DNA of 13,186 nucleotides from Myxococcota bacterium (GTDB taxonomy: Bacteria; Myxococcota; JACRCW01), in assembly GCA_040752415.1 (NCBI GenBank), contig JBFMGU010000288.1, positions 1-13,186 on the forward strand, written 5' to 3'. Positions 1-7,570 of the stretch are shown in pieces. The notes under the pieces were generated by a model that did no database searches, was not told where the DNA came from, and saw nothing but the letters and a program-made list of their open reading frames with translations. Position 1 is the stretch's first letter; the number at the start of each line of letters is the position of its first letter. The translations under genes and the position numbers were made by a program.

Positions 1-1295
1 TCCTCCTCCGCCTTCTTGGCCGCCGCCATCTGCTCCTCTTCCTGCTTCTTGGGGAGCTCCATCTGCCGCTTGCTCTCCTCCTCGGCGCGGATCATCTCGT
101 CCACCTGCTCCAGCATCTGGGAGGCCTGCTTGCCCTGGGCGCCGCTGGCCTTCTTGCCCATGAAGGTCTTCAGCTCCTTCTTGGCCTCCACGAACTGGTT
201 CATGTGGCGCATGTAGAGGTCCGCCAACGCCAGGTGCGGCTCACCCAGCTCCGGTTGGAGCTTGCTGGCAGCGAGGAGAGCGTCGCGGGCGGCGGTGAAG
301 TTGCCTTGGCCCTTGTACGCCAGCGCCACGTTGTACTGCGCGGGGTAAGCCTTGGGGTCGCGTCGGAGGATCTCCTCGTACTGCTCGGCGGCGCCGCGGT
401 AGTCGCGGGCGTCCAGCGCTGCGGTGGCGAGTTGGTAGCGCGCGCGGAGGATGTTGCCGTTCTGGTCCACCGCCTTGCGCAGCGTGGCCAGGCCCGCCGC
501 GGTGTCCTTCTCCGCGAGCAGCACCTCGCCCATGATGGCGGTCATCTCCGCGTCCTTCTCGTCGATCTTGAGCCCGCGCAGCGCCATCAGCTTGGCCAGC
601 GAGTAGTTCTTCTGCGCCAGGTACGTGCGCGCCAGCAGCCGGTAGCTGGCCAGCGAGCGGGGGTCATGAGCCAACGCGGCGCGCGCCAGGACCAGCGACT
701 CACCGAATTCTCCGTCGGACAGCATGCGCTCGCCCAAGCGCACCCGCGCGCTCACCGAACGCGGGTTCTTGTCGATCACCGCTTCGTAGAGCTTCCTGGC
801 CACGTCGGCCTGGCCCTTGCGCTCCAGCAGCGCGCCCAGGTTGTCGACGGCGAAGTCCAGCGTGGGATCCAGCGAGATGGCCTTGCGGTAGTGCTGTTCC
901 GCCTCTTCCAGCGCGCCCTTGTCCTCCGCAAGCACGCCGAGATTGTAGTAGCCCACCGCGAGCTTCTCGTCGGCCTTGACGGCGCTCTGGAAGTACTGCG
1001 CCAGCTCTGGGGATGCGGGCTTGCCCTTCTGGTAGGCCTTGGCCGCGTCGGCAAACGCGCGCAGGGCATCCTCGTTCTTCGTTGCGGGTGGACGCTTGGC
1101 GCCGGCGGCGAGGTTCTCCTCCTCCTTCTTGGGCGCCTCCTCCTTCTTGGCCTCCTCCTGCTGACGCTGCTGCTCGCCAGCGCTGGCCTTCTCCTGCTTG
1201 GGCGCGGCGGCTTCCTGGCGCTTTCCACCGCAGGCCGCGGCGGTCACGAGGAGCAGCGCGCAAGCGCCGGCACGAACGAAGTGGCGTGACGTCAT
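1..1295 (-). CDS. gltE: TPR lipoprotein, GltE/AglT-like gliding motility protein (3'-partial, at least 431 aa; not in the ORF track)
   Basis: Translated by hand from ATG at 1295: MTSRHFVRAGACALLLVTAAAC-GGKRQEAAAPK..., open to position 1. Lipobox Cys22. Multiple TPR motifs (AVGYYNLGVLAEDKGALEEAEQHYRKAISLDP; AQYNVALAYKGQGNFTAARDALLAA) and an E/K/Q-rich helical tail. SD GGAGGT 5 nt upstream. ATGA overlap with the stop of the upstream gltD-like gene, matching the gltD-gltE order. Confidence 0.8.
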   Translation of the reverse strand, partial: MTSRHFVRAGACALLLVTAAACGGKRQEAAAPKQEKASAGEQQRQQEEAKKEEAPKKEEENLAAGAKRPPATKNEDALRAFADAAKAYQKGKPASPELAQYFQSAVKADEKLAVGYYNLGVLAEDKGALEEAEQHYRKAISLDPTLDFAVDNLGALLERKGQADVARKLYEAVIDKNPRSVSARVRLGERMLSDGEFGESLVLARAALAHDPRSLASYRLLARTYLAQKNYSLAKLMALRGLKIDEKDAEMTAIMGEVLLAEKDTAAGLATLRKAVDQNGNILRARYQLATAALDARDYRGAAEQYEEILRRDPKAYPAQYNVALAYKGQGNFTAARDALLAASKLQPELGEPHLALADLYMRHMNQFVEAKKELKTFMGKKASGAQGKQASQMLEQVDEMIRAEEESKRQMELPKKQEEEQMAAAKKAEE

Positions 1296-4200
1296 GGGGC
1301 ACCTCCGGCGGCGGCACCGTCGGAGCCCGCGCCCTCACCCGATTGCGGCGCGGCGGCTTCCTGCTGCTCACCCTGCGGTTTCTGAGGCGGCGCTGGCGTG
1401 AGACGCGGCGGGAGCGGCTTCTCCGGCATGTCCACCGCCACGAGGTCACCGCCGTCCTTGGGCAGGTCCAGCACGAGGTAGTTGGGGATGGACGGAGCGA
1501 TCACCGCCGGCGCGGCCACACGCTCTCCGCTGACCTTGGGGAACTCCTCCGGCCGCTTCTCCTCGAGCACGTCCAGGCACCGACCGGTCCACTGGTTGAA
1601 GACGTTGAGCTCCTGGCTCTTCTGCACGCAGATGCGGAACGCGCCCACCGCTTCATCCTCGATGGGGAGCGCGCGCTCCTGGAGCTTCTCCTTGAAGATC
1701 TCCTTCTGGTCGGGGCTGAGCTCCTTGGGCGCAGGCACGGAACTGATCGAGTTCATGTAGTGCAGGTTGAGGTCACCAATCCGATAGAGCGCGGCGATGG
1801 CGTACTCCGGGTCCTTCAGCTTGACGATGTCCGTGTACACCTTGCGCAGCTGGTCGCGGCCCTTGGCCTTCTCCGCGATGCTCTTCTGGAACTTCTTCAT
1901 GTTCTTGAGGTCCGGGTTCTCGATCTTGATCTTGCGGAACTCCGCGTAACGGACCTCGGCGTCCATGAAGGCCACGCGCGCAGCGACGGAAGAACCCTCC
2001 GGCAGCTTGCGGTTCTTCTTGCGGTACTCCGCCGCCAGCTTCTCGATGGCCTCATCCGCCTTCTTCTGGCCGCCCATGAACTTGTTGAGGTCCGCGGCAC
2101 GGAAGCGCGCCTCCCACGCCTTCTCCTGATCCTCCTTGAAGTACTTCGCCGCATAGGCCTCGTAGGCTTCCTGCGCCTTCTTGTACTGCTTGGCCTGCTC
2201 GTAGAGACGACCAATGGAGTACGCCACCGCGGCACCATCCTTCGCCTTGGGAAAGTCCTTCAGGTACTGCTCCCGGTCGGCGACGGCGAGCTTCAGGTTG
2301 TTCGAGCCGCCGTAACCTTCCCGGTAGATGCCGGCGTTGAACAGCGCATCCTTGGCGCGCGGGTCCTGCGGGTACTTCTTGTAGAACCGCTCCAGCGCCT
2401 CCGCGGCCTTGTCCAGGTCGGCCACCGTCTCGTGGCTCTCGGCGACGGCGTAGAGGCTGTCCGGCACCAGCGGGCTTTCCGGGAAGTTCTGGATGAGCAT
2501 CTCGCGCACGCGGATGGCCTTCTGCGGCTGCCCGGCCAGCGCGAAGTTGGCGGCAGCGTTGGCCAGGGCCTTGTCGGCGAGCTGGCTCTTGCGGAACTCG
2601 TCGGCGAAGGACAGGTAGGCCTTGGCGGCGTCCTCGTACTTGCCCTGGCGCTGCAGCTTGCTGATGACCTTGAAGGAGCTGGACTCCAGGACCTCGTTGG
2701 TGGCCTTGGCGAACTCCTCCTTCTGCATCAGCACCTTGTTCTTCTGGAATCCGCGCGCGGCGGCGTAGAGGCCGTCCCAGTCCTCACGGATGTTGTGGAT
2801 GTCCATGATGAGGCTGGCGGCCTGCTCCGCACGCGGGTGGTCCGGACTCTTCTCGACGATCTTCCCGAACAGCTCCAACGCCTTGTCCCAGATGTTGTGC
2901 TCGTACATCACGCGCGCGATCTTGTAGTTCACCTCGACGGCGATCTTCCCCTCCGGGAAGTGCTTCAGGTAGTTGGCGCACGCCGCCACGTACTTCTTCT
3001 TGACGTCGGGGATGGGGAGCGGCTTGTTGGGATCAAAGTCCGTGCTCTGCGCTTCCTTCTTCTGCTTCTTGTCGTAGTCCTGGACGAGCTCGTCGTAGGC
3101 GCGCACGGCTTCTTCTGCGGACGGCTCCGCCCACTTGCCCTTGGGATCCTGGCTGAGGACCTTGGTGTACTCCTCGGCGGCCTTCTCGAAGCGCTCCAGC
3201 TTGTAGTTGAGCTCGGCGTAGAAGAACCGCATGTCATACGCGGGCTTCTTCTCCGGGAAGAGGTCCAGGTAGTCACCGTAGAGCTCGTAGGCCAGCTCAA
3301 AGGTCTCGTCGTCACGGGTCTTGCGCGCCTCGTTGTGCCAGGTGGTGGCCAGCGAGCGCAGCGTGTTGTCGGCGAGGTCTTCCGCGTCGCGCAGGTCCTG
3401 CTCCGCGCGGGTGCGCTTGGGATCCTTGGCGTCCATCTTGCCCACCAGGTCGCGCACGCGCTGGAATTCCTCGACGAGAATCCGCGCATGCTTCACCACC
3501 ACGCGCTTGTTGCCCTGGCGTGACGCGCTGGAGACGATGCGACCCTGGAAGAACGGGTTGCGCGTGTTCTCCTTGTCGTTGTTGATGAGGAGCCGGTAGA
3601 CCACCGCGGCTTCACGGTCCTGGCCTTCCGAGTAGTAGAGGCCAGCCAGGCGCTCCACCATGGCCTTGTAGTCGTCTCCGTCGGCGAGGGCCTTGAACTC
3701 CTCGATGGCCTTCTCCGGCGAGCCGTAGTGGCTGTAGACGGTGACGTAGTCCTTGCGGCTCTCACGCGTCAGCACGATCTTCTTGTCGCCGAGGAGCTGG
3801 TCATTGAGCTGGGAGTAGAGAATCACTTCCTTGAACTTCTCACCGGCTTTCTCCCACTCCGTCAGGTTGTAGTAGCACCAGCCCTGCTTGTAGACGGCGT
3901 AGCCGAAGACCTTGCTCTCCTCGTTGGAGGCGGCCTTCTGGTACGCGGCCAGCGCGTTGTCGATCTTCTTGTTGTTGAAGTGGTACTCGCCAAAGGCCAG
4001 GTACGCGTCGGCGACGTAGGGGCTCTTGGGGTGCTCCTGGATGAGCTGGCGGTAGACGTCGAGCGCTTCCTTCTGCTTGCCGGCGTCCCAGCGGCTCTGG
4101 GCCAGCGCGTAGAGCACCTGGTCCATGCGCTCGAACTTCTTGTGCTTCTTGATGATCTCCTCGTAGATCTTGTCGGAGTCATCCGCCCACTTCTTGCTCT

Positions 4201-4717
4201 TGGCCAGCAGCTCTTCCTTCTCCTTCTTGAGCTGCTTCTCCTTGCCAGCGTCGCCGGACTCGCGGGCCTTGAAGATGTCGTCGTCCTTCCCCATGCCCTG
4301 GAACCAGTAATACTGGCTGGATTCCCAGGAGAGCTCGGCCTTCTGGAAGAGCAGCGCGGGCAGCTCCTCGTTGGAGGGCCCCAGGCCGATGATCTTGTCG
4401 AGCGTGGCAAGCTGGTCGTCGCGCTTCTTCTGGACCTGGAATTCCGTCTTGCGGCGGAACTCCTCGACGGACAGCTTGGGTCCCTGCTCCTCCTTGGTCT
4501 CCTTCTTGCGCTCCGCTTCCTTCACCACCTCGGGGACGCGGGATTCACGCTCCTTGCGCGCCTTCTCCGCTTCCTCCTGCGCACGCCGGTTGGCCTCGGC
4601 GTTCTCCTTGGTGGCAATGCGTGGCTTGTCCGACTTGGCGTCGGCAGCAGACACACCCGCCGCGCCCAGTGACAGCAGCGCGGCGCAGAGGACGACACGG
4701 GGCGTGGTCTTGTTCAC
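1292..4717 (-). CDS. gltD: Large periplasmic TPR protein, GltD/AgmU-like (about 1141 aa)
   Basis: Long ORF with a Sec-type signal peptide (NKTTPRVVLCAALLSLGAAGVSA), many TPR-like repeats (e.g. YVADAYLAFGEYHFNNK, YAVYKQGWCYYNLTEWEKAGEKFKEVI, AKDALFNAGIYREG) and a Pro/Gln/Gly-rich tail. GTG at 4717 is preferred over the track's TTG at 4726 because it forms a GTGA overlap with the gltC stop. Size, architecture and position between gltC and the gltE-like gene fit GltD/NfsD. Confidence 0.82.
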   Translation of the reverse strand: MNKTTPRVVLCAALLSLGAAGVSAADAKSDKPRIATKENAEANRRAQEEAEKARKERESRVPEVVKEAERKKETKEEQGPKLSVEEFRRKTEFQVQKKRDDQLATLDKIIGLGPSNEELPALLFQKAELSWESSQYYWFQGMGKDDDIFKARESGDAGKEKQLKKEKEELLAKSKKWADDSDKIYEEIIKKHKKFERMDQVLYALAQSRWDAGKQKEALDVYRQLIQEHPKSPYVADAYLAFGEYHFNNKKIDNALAAYQKAASNEESKVFGYAVYKQGWCYYNLTEWEKAGEKFKEVILYSQLNDQLLGDKKIVLTRESRKDYVTVYSHYGSPEKAIEEFKALADGDDYKAMVERLAGLYYSEGQDREAAVVYRLLINNDKENTRNPFFQGRIVSSASRQGNKRVVVKHARILVEEFQRVRDLVGKMDAKDPKRTRAEQDLRDAEDLADNTLRSLATTWHNEARKTRDDETFELAYELYGDYLDLFPEKKPAYDMRFFYAELNYKLERFEKAAEEYTKVLSQDPKGKWAEPSAEEAVRAYDELVQDYDKKQKKEAQSTDFDPNKPLPIPDVKKKYVAACANYLKHFPEGKIAVEVNYKIARVMYEHNIWDKALELFGKIVEKSPDHPRAEQAASLIMDIHNIREDWDGLYAAARGFQKNKVLMQKEEFAKATNEVLESSSFKVISKLQRQGKYEDAAKAYLSFADEFRKSQLADKALANAAANFALAGQPQKAIRVREMLIQNFPESPLVPDSLYAVAESHETVADLDKAAEALERFYKKYPQDPRAKDALFNAGIYREGYGGSNNLKLAVADREQYLKDFPKAKDGAAVAYSIGRLYEQAKQYKKAQEAYEAYAAKYFKEDQEKAWEARFRAADLNKFMGGQKKADEAIEKLAAEYRKKNRKLPEGSSVAARVAFMDAEVRYAEFRKIKIENPDLKNMKKFQKSIAEKAKGRDQLRKVYTDIVKLKDPEYAIAALYRIGDLNLHYMNSISSVPAPKELSPDQKEIFKEKLQERALPIEDEAVGAFRICVQKSQELNVFNQWTGRCLDVLEEKRPEEFPKVSGERVAAPAVIAPSIPNYLVLDLPKDGGDLVAVDMPEKPLPPRLTPAPPQKPQGEQQEAAAPQSGEGAGSDGAAAGGAP

Positions 4718-6738
4718 TGTCTGCAACCCTTCGCAAGCGTGTATTCGTAGGTGCCCAGCTCGTCGCGCCAGTACTCGCCATCAAAGGGCCAGTAGAGGTG
4801 CTCGTCGGAGACGGCGGTGGTGAAGCGGTACTTGCCCAGCGTCACCTCCTGCTTCTCACCGCGCAGCGTGGCCTCCAGCCCTTCCTTCTCGCGCTTGGTG
4901 ACCTCGAACTTGATCCGGTAGAGCTGGCTGGACTGGCTCTTCAGCTCGTCGCGCTCCGCTTCCAGCTTGGCTCGCGCCAGCGCACCGGCCGCGTTGGTCA
5001 ACTCCTCACGACGCTTCCGCACACCCTCCAGCATCTCCGCCGCCAGCGGGCTGTCCTTCAGCGGCGCGGGCGCGTTGGCAATCTTCTTCTCCTCCGCCTC
5101 CAGCTCGGCGGCGGATGCGGCCAGCAGGTTGAGCGCGCGGTCGCTGCGAGCCAGCTTCACGAGACGCTGCGTGAGCGAGCTGCTGGCGCCCTTCTTCTCC
5201 AGGTCCTTGAGGAGCTTGTAGTAGTCCTCCGGCGTCTTGGCGTCCTTGGTGAGGCGGTCCAGCTCGTCGCGCAGCGGGCCGTACTGGGCCTCGAACTCGT
5301 CGAGGATGGCCAGCGCTTCCGGGTAGCGGCAGTTCTCGTAGTACGTCACCGCCTTCAGGATGAGGCTCTCCGGGAAGTACTCGTTGGAGAAGAACGGGCT
5401 GTGCAGCGTGATGAGGTTGCCCAGCGCCTTCTCGTAGTCGGCGAGGCGGAAGTAGGCCCAGGAGCTCTCGAAGAGCGCGTCGAGCCAGCCCTGCGAATCA
5501 CGGCTGACCTTGTTGTAGTAGAAGATGGCGGCGCGGAACTGCTGGAAGCGGTAGTGCGTGCGCGCCAGCGAGAAGAACGCCTCCTCACGCAGCGCGGGAT
5601 TCTTGAAGCGACCATTCTTGGGATTGGTCAGCTTCACCACCTCCTTGAACGCGGAGACGGAGTCCTCGAACTTCTCCATCTCATAGAAGCACACCGCCTT
5701 GAGGTAGACGGCCTTGAGATAGAGCGGAGAGGCCTCCTTCACCGCCTTGGTGTGCTCCACGCACTTCTGCAGCGCTTCCTTGTTGTCGGCCACCAGCGCC
5801 TTGCGCTCCGGCTTCTTCTCCTCCTCGGCGGCGGGCTTCTTGTCCTCCATCACGTCCTTGAAGGAGGGCTGGATGTTGGGCTTGGCAGCCTCGGGCTTGG
5901 TGGTCTCCGCGGGCTTGGGTGCGGGAGCGGCCTTGCCCTTGGCGGGCTCGGCGGGCTTCTTCTCGTCCTTCTTCTTCTTGGGCTTGTCGTCGAGGTCGTC
6001 GAGGCCGAAGTCAAAGTCGTCGTCGCCACCGCTGCCGGGAACGTCGCCACCGCCACCAAGGTCATCGGTACCGAAGTCCATGTCGCCGTCCTCGGCGGGC
6101 TTGTCCTTCTTCTCCTCGGTGGGCCGCTCCTCGGCGGGCTTCTCCTCCTCCGCGGGCTGCTCCTCCTGCACTTCCTGCTGCTTGAACTGCTCCTCGGTGG
6201 CCTTGCGGAAGTAGAGACGGGCGAGGAGAAAGTGGAACTCGTCTGCGTACTTGTCCGGGATGGAATCCTCGGAATAACGCGCAATCTCCTCGAGCACGAC
6301 GCCCTGGTCGGCGGTCTTGCGACTGATGAAGAACAGCCACTCCTTGCTGGTCTTGAAGTACTTGTGCTTGTCACCCTTGTTGAGCAGCCCGGTGAAGCGG
6401 CTCAGCGACGAGTGGTAGTACCCCAACCGGTACAGCGACTTGGCCAGCAGGTACTCGCTCTGCTCGTGGAACTCCTTGGCCTTCACGTTGCTGAGCAGGC
6501 CGTGGAAGGCCACCGCGGCGTTCTTGTAGTCCTCCGCGGCCATCTGCGACTGCGCCTTGTCAAAGGTCTGGCGCTCCAGGCTGGCCACCTCGATCTCGCC
6601 GATGTTGGCGTCGCCGAGACCGATGTCCACCTCCACGCCATCACCCTGCGCGGGCGGGTTCTGCTGCGCATCCGCTACCGACGCCAACGCAGCGACGGGC
6701 AGCAGGACCAACAACGTGTTGCGCAGACGAACCGACAT
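4714..6738 (-). CDS. gltC: Adventurous gliding motility TPR protein GltC-like (about 674 aa)
   Basis: ATG at 6738 with GAGG upstream and signal peptide MSVRLRNTLLVLLPVAALASVADA; the track's extra 50 aa overlap the upstream gene. Motifs I recognise as GltC-type: WLDALFESSWAYF...ALGNLITLHSPFF...YFPESLILKAVTYYENCRY and C-terminal YWPFDGEYWRDELGTYEYTLAKGC. Directly downstream of a GltA/B-type beta-barrel gene. Confidence 0.88.
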   Translation of the reverse strand: MSVRLRNTLLVLLPVAALASVADAQQNPPAQGDGVEVDIGLGDANIGEIEVASLERQTFDKAQSQMAAEDYKNAAVAFHGLLSNVKAKEFHEQSEYLLAKSLYRLGYYHSSLSRFTGLLNKGDKHKYFKTSKEWLFFISRKTADQGVVLEEIARYSEDSIPDKYADEFHFLLARLYFRKATEEQFKQQEVQEEQPAEEEKPAEERPTEEKKDKPAEDGDMDFGTDDLGGGGDVPGSGGDDDFDFGLDDLDDKPKKKKDEKKPAEPAKGKAAPAPKPAETTKPEAAKPNIQPSFKDVMEDKKPAAEEEKKPERKALVADNKEALQKCVEHTKAVKEASPLYLKAVYLKAVCFYEMEKFEDSVSAFKEVVKLTNPKNGRFKNPALREEAFFSLARTHYRFQQFRAAIFYYNKVSRDSQGWLDALFESSWAYFRLADYEKALGNLITLHSPFFSNEYFPESLILKAVTYYENCRYPEALAILDEFEAQYGPLRDELDRLTKDAKTPEDYYKLLKDLEKKGASSSLTQRLVKLARSDRALNLLAASAAELEAEEKKIANAPAPLKDSPLAAEMLEGVRKRREELTNAAGALARAKLEAERDELKSQSSQLYRIKFEVTKREKEGLEATLRGEKQEVTLGKYRFTTAVSDEHLYWPFDGEYWRDELGTYEYTLAKGCRQ

Positions 6739-6746
6739 GGGGTGCC

Positions 6747-7487
6747 TCACTTGGAATACGAGAAGGTGGGCGGGATGTAGAAGCCCACTCCGAGGAGCGC
6801 CGTGACCTGGTTCTGCAGGTTGGAGACGCCGAACAAGTAGAGCTGCGGGTAGAGCGAGCCCCGGACGTCCGCGCGCAGGACGAGCCAATCAAACAGGAAC
6901 ACGCGCTGTCCGATGCCCATGGTCACCTGCGGATGGATGAGCGTGCCGGCGCTGTCGGCGGCGAGTCCGAGGCCACCGAGGAAGAAGGTGTCAAAGTGGA
7001 TGATCCACTCACTGAAGAGGGCCACCTTGCCGTAGATGGGGCTGAGCTGGAGATTGGCACCAATGTTTCCAAAGTAGCGGGCCGCTTGCGGAATGGCGCT
7101 CTTGTTCTGCCGCAAGAAGATGACGGGTTCCAGAACCTGGCGGATGGGCGCCACCGACGCGTTCAGCTCCACCGCGAGCGAGTCCATGATGTGGAAGGTC
7201 CCGGACAAGCCCACGCTGTAATAGCGGTAGAACGCGTCATTCAGCGTCACCCCCGCCCACGGGAAGATCTCCGCGCGCAGCCGCTTGATGAACTTCTTCT
7301 GCTGCACGGCCTTGATGCGGTCGTCCAGCGGTTTCACCGCGGCGTCGGAGCCGGCCTGGGACGGGGCCTGTGACGTCGAGGCGCCGGCCTCCTTGGACAC
7401 GTCCGTGTCGGAATCCTGGGCGTGCGCGGAAAGCGGCAACGCCAGGGAGAACGCGGAGACCACCAGCAGCTTCAGCGCGAGTTTCAC
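6747..7487 (-). CDS. Outer-membrane beta-barrel protein, GltA/GltB family (about 246 aa)
   Basis: GTG at 7487 with SD GGAG 5 nt upstream and signal peptide KLALKLLVVSAFSLALPLSAHA-Q. Myxobacterial beta-barrel motifs DRIKAVQQKKFIK...LNDAFY and SPIYGKVALFSEWIIHFD, amphipathic beta strands, C-terminal GVGFYIPPTFSY. I cannot distinguish GltA from GltB by eye. Confidence 0.85.
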   Translation of the reverse strand: MKLALKLLVVSAFSLALPLSAHAQDSDTDVSKEAGASTSQAPSQAGSDAAVKPLDDRIKAVQQKKFIKRLRAEIFPWAGVTLNDAFYRYYSVGLSGTFHIMDSLAVELNASVAPIRQVLEPVIFLRQNKSAIPQAARYFGNIGANLQLSPIYGKVALFSEWIIHFDTFFLGGLGLAADSAGTLIHPQVTMGIGQRVFLFDWLVLRADVRGSLYPQLYLFGVSNLQNQVTALLGVGFYIPPTFSYSK

Positions 7488-7570
7488 TGTTGCTCCACGA
7501 CGTGACCGCTTGTGGCCACGCCCATGATTTCTGTCGACCGCAGACAAGAATGTCCGCGCCACGGGGGCTC

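Noticed and set aside
1100..1170. (CTC/CTT)n-rich repetitive-looking tracts here, at 1-80 and at 6100-6190
   Set aside because: These encode Glu/Lys-rich linkers on the minus strand. They are not tandem repeats or CRISPR arrays.
1013..3523. 836-aa plus-strand ORF (also 204-1289 and 3728-4672)
   Set aside because: Antisense shadows of the gltD/gltE-like genes. The L/V/G/R-rich composition is what the reverse strand of high-GC3 codons gives, and there are no recognisable motifs.
4621..6780. 719-aa plus-strand ORF
   Set aside because: Mirror of gltC on the opposite strand; its poly-Leu stretches are the complement of Glu/Lys codons.
7501..7520. Short stem (minus strand CGTGGCC-ACAAGC-GGTCACG) upstream of the beta-barrel RBS
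   Set aside because: Only 7 bp with a G-U pair in high-GC DNA and no U-tract; not distinguishable from chance.
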